A stretch of 64,000 nucleotides of DNA, taken from NCBI GenBank assembly GCA_021613535.1, contig CP075495.1, positions 12,648,001 to 12,712,000 of the forward strand, read 5' to 3'. The position numbers were made by a program, and so were the translations under genes. The notes beneath the pieces were generated by a model, which was given only the letters and a program-made list of their open reading frames with translations, was not told where the DNA came from and did no database searches. This document shows positions 13,494-27,659 of the stretch, in pieces. How positions within the stretch are numbered: position 1 is the first letter of the stretch; each line of letters starts with the position of its first letter. The DNA is from Adineta vaga. Lineage: Eukaryota; Animalia; Rotifera.

Positions 13494-15949
13494 ATGGCGA
13501 CAAGGTGAGACGTCATGATTCTGGGAATAAAAATACAGTCATTCAATTTTTTTTTCTTTTCATTTCTTCAATACATATATCGAATGAACATAATACCGTT
13601 CGAAATGTTAGGTAGAGAATATTGTAAACGTAAAGAAAGAGAATATGGAGAAATAATATTTGAAACGAATTAGAATTCTTCTATTTCTTTCATTTGTATT
13701 TAGTTCGTTGTCAAATAATCCGATTGTTTTACCATCTTTACATGGAACTTTGAGTTTGCCAAACATCGCATCCGCAACTACCAATACGATCGACCGCCAT
13801 CTGGCAAGGATCGTTGCGGGCAATGCAGGTATATATCAAAATAGAGATGAAACGAATAAATGAATAAAATGGTTTCTTTGTTTTGTTTTAGAAAATTTAC
13901 GTTCACATCTTGATTCGATGTATAAACTGCTGCGACCCGACGATCGTCTAACTCTGGTATATTTGTTCAAATTAAAATAAAATAAAAGTGATTTTGTTTT
14001 TCATAGATGGTTCAACTGGAAAGCGTTTTTCCAAACCGTTATCGTTACCTAGTCATTGTTACATGTGTAGGAAGACAAGAAACAGAAGAGTAAGAAAAAT
14101 AGTTGCATGCTTTGGTTCTTCTTTTTAATAGTAATGATGTCTTTTTTTTGGTTAGATCGGCTATTCTTGGTTTTGATGTCGATACCGACGAGATTAGAAT
14201 TGGTATGGTATTACCAATATGGGCTGATTTGGATATAACACTCGACGGTGACGGGTAAGAAATTCTATATTTTAATACAATTTTTCATATCTAATATTCA
14301 CAATTATTCCATATTGTATTTAGTGGTTTCAAATTGACTTCTTACGAACGATGTCATGTTTTCAAGCCGGTGAGTGTACAAGCGCTATGGTATGTAATAA
14401 TCACTAAAATTGCTTAGCTATTTATATTATTAATGGAAATTGTCTTGTCCTAGGACTGCATATCAGAGTTTGCACAAAGCATCGAATCAAGCACGTCTTT
14501 ATAATTATATTGTTGATAATGGTTTAACACATACATGGATTGAATATTATCGTAATCGTGATATACGTTCAAATCAAACATATGTTAATGAATGGAACCA
14601 GATGGATGATATTTTATCACACCGAAGTGATTCACCTCATTTATATCAACCGTACGTAATAAAATTTAATCAACAACAAAAAAGAAAACTGTATCTATTC
14701 TCTAGATTATCATCAGATGAAGAAACATTACGTGCGAGAATACATGTTAAATTAAAAGAAATTATGCTACAAGTTGATCTTGATGAAGTGACATCGAAAT
14801 TTGTAAATTAACAAATAAGAAAACTTTCAATTTTCATACGAGTTTTTCTTTTAGTTACGAGAACAATTAGAAAATACTTTTCAAATATCTTTATCTCCTT
14901 ATAAACAGTATATCGATGATGTTATGTTACATATTCTTGCTCAAATGGATAAACCAACAATGATTCTGCCACATTTATATCTTGGTTCAGAGTGGAATGC
15001 ATCAAATTTTGAAGAATTAAAATCCAATAATATTGGTTATGTCTTGAATGTATCACGTGAAATCGATAATTTCTTTCCTGGTCATTTTAAATATTTAAAT
15101 GTTCGCGTACATGATCATGATGATGCTGATCTATTGAAAGAATGGGAAAAAACCTTTCGATTCATCAATGAAGCAAAGTAAAACTTAACAATTTCATTTT
15201 TCATTGTACAACTAATCAATTAATCGTTATTTTAGAGCGAATAATCAATGTTGTTTAGTTCATTGTAAGATGGGTATTAGTCGATCTGCATCGACGGTAA
15301 TTTTTTACTTTTTTCTTTTTTCTTAGTGGAAGATAGTTGATTTTAATATACTATTCTTCATTTAGGTATTAGCATATCTTATGAAAGAAAGCAATCATTC
15401 ATTTGCTGATGCTTTGGAACATGTGAAAAAACGACGATCATGTATTAATCCAAATGGTGGTTTTCGAAATCAGTTATTGATTTATGAAGGAATTCTTGCA
15501 GCAAAGTAAGATTTGTTTACATTTCGAATTCTAGTGTAAATAGATAAAATAGTATTATCCGATCGTTCAAAACATTTCTCGTTCGGCTAAGTAATACGAT
15601 TATTTCTTTTCTTCGAGGATAAAAAAAGCATGACCTTGTATTGAAAAGCTTTTGTTTTCATTCTAGTAAAACATTCCGAAGTAAATTAAATGACAGTCAA
15701 ACAACTACAACAACAATTGGCAAAAAAACAGTAACTATTCCAGCAATATCTTCATCATCATCATCTTCGACTACGAAAAGTACTCCGACCACTCCTGTTG
15801 AACATTCCCCACCAACAAATTCATCGATAGTTATTATGCGAACACGATCTCCGAATAAAACCAGTACTGTTGTTGTTGTTCCACGACAAACAACGGATCA
15901 CTGTAAACAAACAACACATGTAACTGCTCGACCGAATTCGATGATTTAA
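13494..15949 (+). CDS. SSH: Protein phosphatase Slingshot (SSH-N domain, DEK-C-like domain, dual-specificity phosphatase domain)
   Basis: [20 protein letters not shown]|[50 protein letters not shown] and catalytic [14 protein letters not shown]. The start codon is inferred from the short first exon ATGGCGACAAG|gt. Confidence 0.92.
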
Positions 15950-16706
15950 TTAATTTATAAATATATTTTTTTTCTTTGTTTCTTTCTTTCCATTCCTACT
16001 TATTGTACGTACGTTCTTCTTCTTCTGTCTCTTTTTGGACATACGGAAAGAAAATCGTTTTTGTATGTATGAAATCTAATTTTTCCTTTTGTTCTTTGTT
16101 CATGTTGGAATGATATTATTTCTTTCTTGCTCTTTCTTACTCCTTTTTTTCTTTCATTTTGTCTTTTCTTCTGTTATACATGTTTTCTGTTCCATTTTCT
16201 TCTGCTACATCACACATAGCTGACAAAAGCTTACAAATAAACAGAATAAATATTGAAAAATTATTTGAATCTTTATCTAATCATAAATACGATATAACGA
16301 ATTTTTCCTGCATACTGCGATTACTTAGAAGAAAAAACAGAATATCATTCTAGTCACGTATGTTGACAGTCAACTCAATGAGTCTTCCTATCAAAGTCAA
16401 GTGGAGATGACTAACGCAAAGATCAATAGTATGATATTTATTGCTTCTCTGATTATAGTGCCAATAAATTCATGAGCATTCATGCAATCTGTTCTAGTGA
16501 TAATTATTATCATCAGAACTGAATGACTATTGTCTGTCTAATTTTCATTACTTTAACAATGGCTCGAAATTTGCATTTGAAATTGTCTAATTATCTTAAT
16601 TTTTGAAAATTATATACGAGTAATTTGACTATATTCAAGGAAACAATATTCTATCGAGAACAATCATATTGCTTAGTTATTATTACATTGTATTATATAA
16701 ATAAAA

Positions 16707-18420
16707 TTAGACTTGTTTATGTTCACTAGCTGGCATATGTGTAAATTCGAAATCGAGATGAACAAATGCTCGTTCTATTTCATCAATAGTTTCCAATTGA
16801 TTCTGTAATCCAACACCAATATCATGAGCTTCGGAAAGTGGCATCGAACCAGGTAAACCAATATCGACTTCGGCAAAAAAGTTCGTTCCAAGATGAACAG
16901 CTTGAATAGAATCGATTTTTGAAACAATTTCCGGACGATAATTGTATGCCACATGTGTTAAGCGTTGAAGAAAAGGTGGTTCAGCCGTTAGACCTGTTAA
17001 ATGCCGCACTTGTCCTATACACGAATAACAAAAAAGTGATAGATTACGAAATAAACAAATTGAATACTATTTACTATTTGCTTGTAAGATCCAAGCAATG
17101 ATAATATAGACGGATATAACAATAGCACCGACTGGATCAACAACAATTGCTTCCTGTTTAATGTCACCTTTGTAAGCATGGGTTGCTAAAAAGAAATATT
17201 CAATGTAGTTTTTTATGAAAGAATTTCTATGTTTGCTGAATAATTAGACGAAAATAAACTGTACCTATGAGTCCACAAGCAAGTGCGACAATATTTGATG
17301 CTACATCATTCCGATTATCTTCCGCAAGTGCATACATAGTAGGATTTTTAATTCGATAACATAAGACGAAAAGAATCGCTTTTGATGCTAGAAAAATTAT
17401 AAAATGACTTTGATTTTACTTGATTAAAAAAATTCAAAATTTACTAATTGTTAAAACCATGGACACAATAGGTAAAATACTCATATCAATAAATGGTAAT
17501 GTTTTCGTTGATGAACCATTATTTTTATGTGTAAAATAATCAATATCTTGTTCTAATGCTTCACCACTTTCAAAAATGACTTGAACACTCGCTGAACACA
17601 TGATTACAGAAAGAATAACAATTGAAATCGGCTCAAGACGAGTTCTTCCTAAAAGATCAGTTTAAAATTAATTTCTCTAATTGTATCTTATACAAATTAA
17701 CCTCCTGGATATTTATAGAGATCGCGATGTTTGATTTTTCGTGATGTCCAAATGAGAATAAGACTTGTTAAGAGATCGACAGCACTGTCAACAACTGAAG
17801 AAATAACTGAAAGAGACTTGGATATGACAGCTGCTATAATTTTAATAATCAAAAGAATCTTCAATAAAATTGAAAAAAATAAATAAGACTGAGAGAAAGA
17901 GATAAAAACATACGATGTTTGCAATTAAAGTGACTATAGTTAATATTTTTATGTGGCGTTTTTGTCGTTTTTGAGCAGCTGTCTGATGGTCATCTGATTC
18001 ATCAGTTTTTGAAAGAAGAATATCTTCAATTGAGGTTATTAAATCCAGTTGTTGTCCATAAAATTCTCTATATTGAAAAATAAAATGAACATAAAGAAGT
18101 TTTTCCTCAAGTTACCAATACTTTTCTTACCTAACTTTTTTCGGAAGAGATTTATCATCTAGTTTACATAGAGGTTTAAAAGATTGAATATGTTCTAAAT
18201 AGCCATAGTTAGATGAAAGATTGGATGATGTTGTTGTTGTTTCTTGTTTCACGTCTATTTCTGAAGTATCATTAATATTCAGATTTGCTTGTACTGCTTG
18301 TTTTCTAACTGCTAGAAGACGTATTGGCCGTGATGGATGAACAGCATTTTTACTAAATGATGATCGTTTCCGATTTTCTCTCGGTAAAATCGCGGGTTCA
18401 TCAAGTTCTGCGTAATTCAT
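16707..18420 (-). CDS. Cation diffusion facilitator, Mn-CDF/MTP8-11-like metal tolerance protein
   Basis: SLSVISSVVDSAVDLLTSLIL, YKYPG|GRTRLEPISIVILSVIM, ALAEDNRNDVASN, VVDPVGAIV, FAEVDIGLPGSMPLSEAHDIG and ERAFVHLDFEFTHMPASEHK. DxxxD motifs in TM2 and TM5 are typical of the Mn-CDF clade. Confidence 0.9.
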
Positions 18421-18918
18421 CGGTTGATTGAAAGTTTTCTTCGAACGGATCAAATCAAATACAAGCTTTTATATATGCGTATATTTTTGTCAAAATTTTG
18501 TCGTATAAAACTTAGTATTTTTTTCTCTTTTCTCTATATCCGTGTGATCGATGGACCTTGTCATCGATTATAACGATCATTAATGAAGAAAATACTCCCC
18601 AATTTAACTTGTTATTTACTGCACAAGCAATGGGAGTATCATTCAATTAGAAGATAAGTCATATAGTGCATTTTTGTTTATTATTTCATCCACACATGTC
18701 TCGTTTAATAGTAAACAGTAAACAAAAGTTTTTTCAGTTCGAAGAAAAGAAAAAAAAAGAACAGAATAAAGCTATACAGTGAAAATACCAATGTGAAGCG
18801 TAAAAAAACCGAGAGAAAATAGCCACTGATTGATTGTTTGTTTGTTTTGTTTATCATTTTGAAGAGATATTTTATGATAAATCGTACGAATTGATGTTTC
18901 TTTTCTTCTGCCTGTCAA

Positions 18919-21900
18919 TTATCGATAACTTATTAAATATTCAGCATACGCTTGAGAATCATGAAATGTTACTAAAAAACAGAAGATAAATACATCGATA
19001 GAGATAATATAGTAATTCATGAGTATTACATCGTACCAAAAATACTGTGACCATCACCAGTAGTGTCAAAACCGGGTGGTGGGACGCGCATTGTTGAATT
19101 TCCTTGAGCAGTGTTACCAACAAGAACTCGAGCTAGAAAATAGGTCAAAAGAAAAAATATATATGAATTGAATTATGATTAAAAAACAAAGTAAATGTTT
19201 ATTTACTAAGAAACATTCGTCGAATACCATTACGATCTGGTAATGCATAACTATGACTGTATAAAGAATCACGTGCAAAATAACAACCTTGTCCATATGC
19301 TACGGCTAGAAAGAAAAGAAAATTCTCAAAATTCTGTTTGTATGCTAGTATAAACTAACCATGTTGACCAGCATATGAACGATTAAAACATTCCATTTCA
19401 ATATTTTTTGATGATCGTTCGTCACAGCCTGTATAAATAAAAACAGATCGACAAATTTTCCGTCTTTAATTATTTTGATTTTCTTTTATTTACCATGAAA
19501 TAACCATTGTTCAGTTTGTTTGCCTAATTTTTGTCGGAATTCGTGATCATGTGCTGAATATTGTTTGAACCATCGTTGATTTTGTATTCGTTCTACTTGT
19601 ATTATTGTTGGTACAGTATTGCCATGATTAACAGGTGGTGCGATATTTCGACGAGCTCGAGCCATTGTTCGATGACTCAATATTTGATTGGAAATATTTG
19701 TTTGAGTATATGAAACCGGAGCAGTTGGTGGCATGTGTGGAGGATATAAAGTATTAGGAAGTGTTTGTGATGGTTGAGGTAACGTATTTATTCCTGGAGG
19801 TGTCGGATATGGCCAGGGTCCGAAATTATGATTCATTGCTACTGCTGTTGACATTGCTGTTGCTATAGATGACGGTGGATTTGGATTTGTGGGAAGTCTG
19901 TTGTTTTGATTAACAGAAACGGATACTGGACCAAATGGTTGTTGTAATGCTGTCTGATAATGTGGAGGTGGAAGTGTTGGATTCGATGGTGGTGTTAAAA
20001 ACAGGGAGGTTGGTGGTACAGGTCGCATAGGCATTGCAGGCATACGAGTAGAAGTTATCGGACCAGCAGCTAAATTTGGAGTTCTAAGATTTGACCAACT
20101 TTTGATAAATTTATCCGATACAAATTTATGTTCTGTAGATTGTGGATCTAATATATGACGAGAGAAATTTGTTAACATCGGTAATGTCCAATATTTAGGT
20201 AAACATTGTTGTTGATTGAACAATAACATGTCAAGATCCAAATCATCATGATCATTATCATCATTATTATTATTATCTGCTGTCTAAATGGAAAGAGATT
20301 CATATAAAAAAATATTTTAGAAAATTTTCTATTGAAAAACAAAACATTTACCTGATTATCACTTTTTTGTTTATTAAAATGGACTGCATGTTCAAATTCA
20401 AATAATTTATTTTGTTGATATAATTGTATAGCATCAATTTCTGGCGATGGTAAACGTAAATTTGCTATATCATTACGTTTAATAGAAGTACGACAAAGTG
20501 AACAAACTGAAAATTAAGACAAACAAACTTCTAATACTTACTCAAAAACATAAATCAAACTTACGAAGTAATTCATTCGTTGTCGTTCGTTGACGATTCA
20601 GATCATTGGCAAAACAATCATAACATATTTTACAATTACAATTCAATACAAATATATTTCCATATGAATGTTGTTTGGAACATAATTCACATTTACGACG
20701 TGGTGTATCATCCATATTTGTTGTAGCTGTTACTATATTATTTTGTTGTTCAACCGTCGGTTCGGTATTCACTGTATCTTCAGCACCATACAATTGATAA
20801 TATAAATCGATTACCTTTTTATTTTGATATTTCTGATATAAAATTATCTGTTCATTTGTAAAGAGACGATTTTCTGATAGATCTCTATCTTGTAAATGAT
20901 AAGTACATTGATAACATGTTAAGATTTCATCCTTGTTCATCTATAGATTAATGAATATATAAATATTTTTTATCATTTCAGAAACATTTAGATGACAATA
21001 GTGATCGGTTGACTTCTACATTTCATAAAAACAATGATATTTTTCAATTGATATCTAAATTCCCACTCGTATATAACAAATATATATTATCTTATCTAGG
21101 CTAATACTAAACTATCATTGAATTAAAACGTCACTTCTCAGAATATGTATACATAATCTCTTTCATAGATGAAATACACTTACTTGATTTAGTACATGTT
21201 GTTTAAAGCATAAGATACATAATGAATGATGATCATCACAATTTATTGAATAAATGTCTTCAGACTGTATTGTAGTTTTGCATACATCACATAATTCATT
21301 TGAAGAAACTAAATTATAGGAATACAATTGAATATCAATGAAAATAAAATCAATTTACCTATTGGTTGATTGAATTCTTCAATGATTTCATAAACATCAA
21401 TAGATCTTCGATATTTTCGTTGCCATGTATTGATAAATAATTTAATATTTTTTTCCTCAATATTTGGATTTTGTAAATGTTTAACTAAAAATTGTGCTAA
21501 TGCTGTATTATCATCATTATTACATATGATCATATGTTCTTCATAGTCATGAATTAAAACGGGACAATAACATACTTCACAGGGTATTGTTAATGAACGT
21601 CCGAGACATTCATTTTGATGAATATAAAAATTATGTTGATCAATATATAAATCACATTTATCACATTTTATTCGATTATTATTTGTTTTTGTATTTAGAG
21701 GTTTTAATTCAATTAGTTGAAGAAGAATTTGATGATCTTTGATAGCAATTGGTAAATCATCGAGATCTTCGATTTTTAATGAATATTCACAATCAATTAC
21801 TAAACATCTTGGTGGTGTTTTATCCTTTTAAATAAAATGAAAGAAATTATATTTGTAATGAAAACAAAAATACAAAAGTTTAGTTTTCGATCATACTTGT

Positions 21901-22181
21901 ATATGTTTTTGTGTCCAATTAAAAATACAATTTAGACAAAAACAATGTAATGATGGACAATTGAATGTTTTCAGTAATTTTTCTTGTTTTCCACAGAATT
22001 TACATTTTTCTTTATTTTCTTCGATACGATCTGCTGTTAAATTAATGAAAACACAGCCTGAGGAATTTGAAAGACTTCGTCTGAAACTTGGTGATTGGCA
22101 ACGTCGTTTAGGTACAGAATATATACGATCTGACTCTGTATTATCTTCATTAACATCTGGTTTTGAAGACGATCGATTCAT
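18919..22181 (-). CDS. Multi-RING / C2HC zinc finger protein with a C-terminal PARP-like mono-ADP-ribosyltransferase domain
   Basis: The ART domain reads VERIQN..WLFHG|C..FNRSYAG..YGQGCYFARDSLYS..MFL|ARVLVG..SIFVTFHDSQAYAEYLISYR*. The N-terminal half has three RING-like Cys/His arrays and two Cx2Cx11Hx3C fingers. The start at 22181 is tentative. Confidence 0.88.
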
Positions 22182-22780
22182 TCTATCATCTAAAATATCA
22201 ACAAATTTCAGTTAGTCGAATAATTTCATCTTAAATGAAATATCCCAGTACATCATGTCACTTAACTTTTGTCGACCAATGACAATGAATTGTACGATGG
22301 AAAAAAAATCTGACTGTCGATGATGAGTCATTCTCTTCAATACTATTCGCTATTCGCTTTTTTCGTATCAAGTAACTTGAATTAAATATGAATGAAGAGC
22401 GCGCTAATTGTACCGTTGGGTGTTGGGTCTCGAGAAAAAAGCAAGCCTGTAACTCAAATTCTATTCAATCAATTTTTATAATGTATTTCTTGAGGGTAGG
22501 TGTGATGGTGACGACGAAATATCAATCCATATTCACTCATAATTTCAAGTCATATCAGAATTGAATGAAATTTCGAGTTGTTCGATAGATTATTAATAGA
22601 ATCTATCCATTTGTAAAACATATTTACTGAATATCAAATTGACAAAGAAAAGAAAACGAAAACAAATCAGAAAATATTACATGATATTAGAAGATCAATG
22701 ATTATTCTAATGAAACGAAAAGAGTGACAACGCGAGAGAGAGAGAGCGACAATGATATGATCAAATAAGATAAAGAAAGT

Positions 22781-25700
22781 CTAGGCAAGTTGTGGTGGAG
22801 GAGGTGGAGGTGGTCGTTCACGAAGAAGACATTGTAATCCAGCATTGTCGGCACATTGACAAACACGTTTAGCACGAAGACTTAAATTAGGTAAACAAAG
22901 TTGACCAGTGGTACAATCATTATTGTCACCACAAACATTATTCACTAAAATAAATGAATATAATATATAATTTCTTTTTTTTTTTTCTTCATTATTATTA
23001 TTTTACCATCATTCGGACATGAATCTTTAACTGCAACTAAGCCATATAATTTACCATTACCACCTGGTGGTAAAAGAATACTATCTGGTGTACGGCTCGG
23101 TGTCTTATCAATTCGACCAATTTTATTTCTAAAAGAATAATAATCTATATGCATAGAGTATGGTTTTTCCAGTATATTACATACGTTGACCAATCTGTCC
23201 AATATGCATATTGAAGTCCATCACTAAGGCCGAAGATCATTGTTGTTTGATCAGTTAAAAGAACACGACGATTTGATCCATCATCGCGTACACATTCGAC
23301 TGTTTTCATTTTTGCATCACCCCAACATAATTCTCGACGATGATGATCATAATATAGACCATTAGGTAAACCAAGTTTTTCTGAAACAAGTATTTTTCGT
23401 TCACTTCCATCCATATTTGCTCTTTCAATTCGAGGATTTTGTCGATTCCAATCAGTCCAGAAGATATATCTACAGAAGAAAATCAATTATTTAGAAAAAA
23501 AAGGCTTTTCAACCATGGATGATACAAACCCAAGTTCAGGATTAACAGCAATACCACGAGGATTTTGAATATTTTTATCAAGAAGTACTTTACGTAAACT
23601 ACCATCTAATTTAGCTACTTCCAAACGTTTCAATGCTGAATCTGTCCAAAATACTAAACGAGATACCCAATCAATAGTGATACCTTCAGGACTACCAAGA
23701 CCTAAAATTAAAGAATGACTATATTACTATTAATTTGATTCACTTTTATATTACCGCTAAGAATAATTTTTTGTTCGGTACCATCATATTTTATTCGTTG
23801 AATAGTTTTACCAGATGTATCGGTAAAGTAAACAAATTGTTGACGACAATCAACAGATATACCAACAGCACGCATTTCTATATAAATAAAAGATTTTTCT
23901 CTTTTCGTGAAAAATAACACGACTTTTTTTGTTATTAATTACTTGGAACATAGAGAATACGATGATCACCATTATTTGTTAAACCTGATGCTGTTAAAGG
24001 TACTTTAAGAATTGTTTGTCCTTGATTAACAATTAAAAATTGTTCTTTCGGTCCACCGAGTGTTTCTCAACTATAATAGTAGAATATTTTTGAATTTTCA
24101 GTAAAAAAATTTCAAAATCTTTACTGTATTCCATCACCCACAAAACCATCTTTACATGAACAAACATTATCTTGAAGAATTGGATCATAAACACAAGCAG
24201 CTGATGAAGAGCAAATTGTTGCATTTTCCAAACAAGAATCTAAAAGAACTCTTCGGATAAAATTCACACGAAATTATCATGAAAATCTCTTACGTTCGTG
24301 ACGACATGTTATACCATCTCCTTTATAACCAGTTCGACAGAGACATACATGTCGATCAATACGTTCATTGTATATACATTGAGCATTAACATGACATTTG
24401 TTGTCAATATTACAAGACACTACTGAAAGAGAAAACAACAAAAGATAAAGTTAAAATATAATCTGTATTTTCTTTTTTTATATTTCATTACCATCTTTCA
24501 CACAAGTAGAAAATGTTGTACCATCATTGAGATATCCTGGATCACAAACACATTTACTAAAACCTGGCCGTTGTTCATCAGGTAAACAATGTGCATTATA
24601 TCCACAATCACCATCAGAGGAACAGAAATGTGCCGTACAAGAATATCCATCACCATAAAAACCTGATATCCAACAGATGATTAGAATATTACATTCATTT
24701 CTTTTTGAAACAAAGAATGATATTTGAACAAACCTGGTTTACATATACATTCATATTTTTGCGTATTTTCATTAATTAAACAATTTGCATTTGTATCACA
24801 ATTGTAATATTCATTACATTGTTTTGGTTTACAAATTGATTTATAATTTCCATTAACATGATTTTCATGATCATCCGTCATTTGCCAACCTTCTTTACAT
24901 AAACATCGAACATGTCTCGTATGTGGATCTTGAATACATGTAGAAAATTGTGGACAAACTTTTGTTGCACATGTTTCAACTAGATAAAAACAAAATAACT
25001 ATTGTAAAATTCACTTTTTCTCTAGTTTACTTTCATCATTGATGGGTTTACAGAAAAATCCATTTCCAATGTAATTTCGTTTACATTCACAAGTAAAATT
25101 TCCGTATGTATTAGTACATATAGCATTTGGATGACATGGAGATTGTATACATTCATTGATATCTACGATTGTAGACGAAAAGCAGGGTTAAAGATAAAGA
25201 AATTTGAGTATTTTAGTTTTACCATCACAACGTCGTAGGCCATCGCCAAGAAACCCTGAATTACATTTACATTCGTATGTATTCTTTTCGAAATTTGGTA
25301 TGCATTGAGCATAGGCATGGCAAGGTGAGGAATCACATGGATCATACTTTGGTGCTAGAAAAGAAAAACATTTTCTTTTTCTTGATCATTCAAAGTACGA
25401 TTTACCAATACCTTGAGTACCAACTTTTGTTACAGTAAAAAATCGAATAGTTGTATCTTCAATCGAATGATAAATATGATTATCTTGATTTGATACTACA
25501 ATTTCTTTTGGTGATCGATGTGGATTATGTGGACATTCATAAAACGTTAAACTATCTTCAATTTCATAACTCATATTATAAGTAATACTTGTATTAGCAT
25601 CAACTTTGGAAATCAAAGAATAGGTTGGTGATGATTTAGCATCATAATGACCTAGAAAATATACGTTTTGAATTAGTTCAAGTACAATTTAAACGAACCT

Positions 25701-27659
25701 AATGATCGTTTGACATATTTTATATTATTATTTCCTACAGTAACCGATAGATTTCCTTCTGGATGTGGTAAACTTCCATTGATATAAGTATCAACACGAA
25801 GAACACCTGATTCAATTCCAAGAAAATATTGTTCAATATTTAAAATCGCTTGTTCAGTTGTATTATCAGCTTCAAAGATTCGTACGGCTGTTGAACGATT
25901 CAACACACCACCTAAATATGAAAAATTTCATCGTTTTTAAAACAGAAATGAAAATTTATTCGTAAGTAACCTGTGAGAGCAAATCCATTATCAATTGGGT
26001 CTGAAAATCGATGTACTGTACCAAATAACCAATGGATAGTATTGAATAATGGTATTAATTGTTGAAGATTTGAATGAGTTAAAGGCATGTTATAGAGTGA
26101 ATTATGTATACGACCATCTTCAATATAAATATAACCTTGTAATTCAGAGTCAATTTTATGACCATTGATTGTGCCATTGATTTTACCCACAACTGGATAG
26201 TTTTCTATGTGAAATTCATTCCGAAAATAGGACGTAGAATAAGAAGATACCGATAAACTTACCAGCACGTTCACATCGTTGACCAGATCCAAGATAAGGA
26301 AAAAGACAGCGACAACAATATCCATTTCCTTGATTTTCACATCGAGCATTACGAGAACAAGTTTTGCATTCGATCGCATCTAAGACTCGTTGATTAATTT
26401 CTAGATAATGATCATTTTAAATTCAAATTACCTGGTGGAATTGTTGATGTAGTCGGAGCTGATACATGTTCATAATAATAATTCTGTGGTTGATGTTGAT
26501 ATATATTCGATGAATACGGTGCTAGAAGTAGAATACAAATCATAGTTATCTATAATATAATCTACTTAAAAAACATACATTGGACTGGTACAAGGACTTC
26601 TTCGACTTCATCTGCACTTCCTGCTGGTGTTATACGAAATCTTCCATAGCGACGTCGATCACCGATTAAATAGATCCAAACACCTGCTTTTCCAATATTC
26701 GAATCTCTATTTATTCAGTAAATAGTTAACTATATAATATTTTTTCTACACCTACTTAGCTAGATTGCCGGCTGCTTCGCCACTTGATCCAGGTAAGACA
26801 ATCGTTTGTTGAGAAGTACCATCAGTAAAACCAGCTTCAGCATATCGATCTTCTCGACCTAATTTTGTTGGACTATACGCAGATATGAATTCGAGTTTTG
26901 CATACATAAAGATAGAATATGTTTGTGTACCATCGCTGACAACAGCAACTTGAAATGTATTTTTCTATATTAATAAAAAAAATAAGAAGATAACTCTCAA
27001 TCATTTTCTTGTTTTTTTTCTCCTTTTACTTTATCATCTTTATTCGAATAAGAATGTACATCTTTCCAGGTACAGATTAAAATTGAATTTGGTTGAAAAT
27101 TTGTTGAACGTGGAAAACCTTCTTGAACTAATTTCTTTGCCTTTTCCAATAGATGTTCTTCTTTCGTATATCTAAGAATATATCATATACGAAGAACAAA
27201 TTGAGATAAAAAAAGAAATATTTTACTTGTATGTAATAGAACCACCTTTTATTGAAGCATCAATATCAGCCCAAAATGGTGCAATAATTGCATATCCACT
27301 ATAACTTGTTAATGTAATTTGAGGAAAGAAATAAGCAATTGGTAATAAAAATGAGAGGAAACCATTGGTATTAATCTTTATGAATGACAAACAAATTATT
27401 TTTTTTATTTTTATTGTGTTCAAAGAAAGGTTATATGAAAATAATTACTTACATAAATACTTTCATATTTTGTTGTTATGAATGGTATTTCTGGTGAAAG
27501 AATAATTTGTTCTGAATGTGTATCATCTTCCTTTGGTAATTGTATTCCATCTTCATAGATGAAAAATTCTGATTCACTAATACTTTGACAATAGATATTG
27601 AAATTGATGAGAATTAAAAGACAAAAGACTGCCTTTCGATTTATATAAGACACGATCAT
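22781..27659 (-). CDS. NID: Nidogen/entactin (NIDO, EGF, G2 domain, about 7 EGF repeats, YWTD beta-propeller, EGF)
   Basis: Signal peptide, then NIDO ([34 protein letters not shown]), a G2-like region ([15 protein letters not shown]), multiple EGF/cbEGF repeats and [33 protein letters not shown] repeats. TAG at 22781-22783. Confidence 0.93.
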
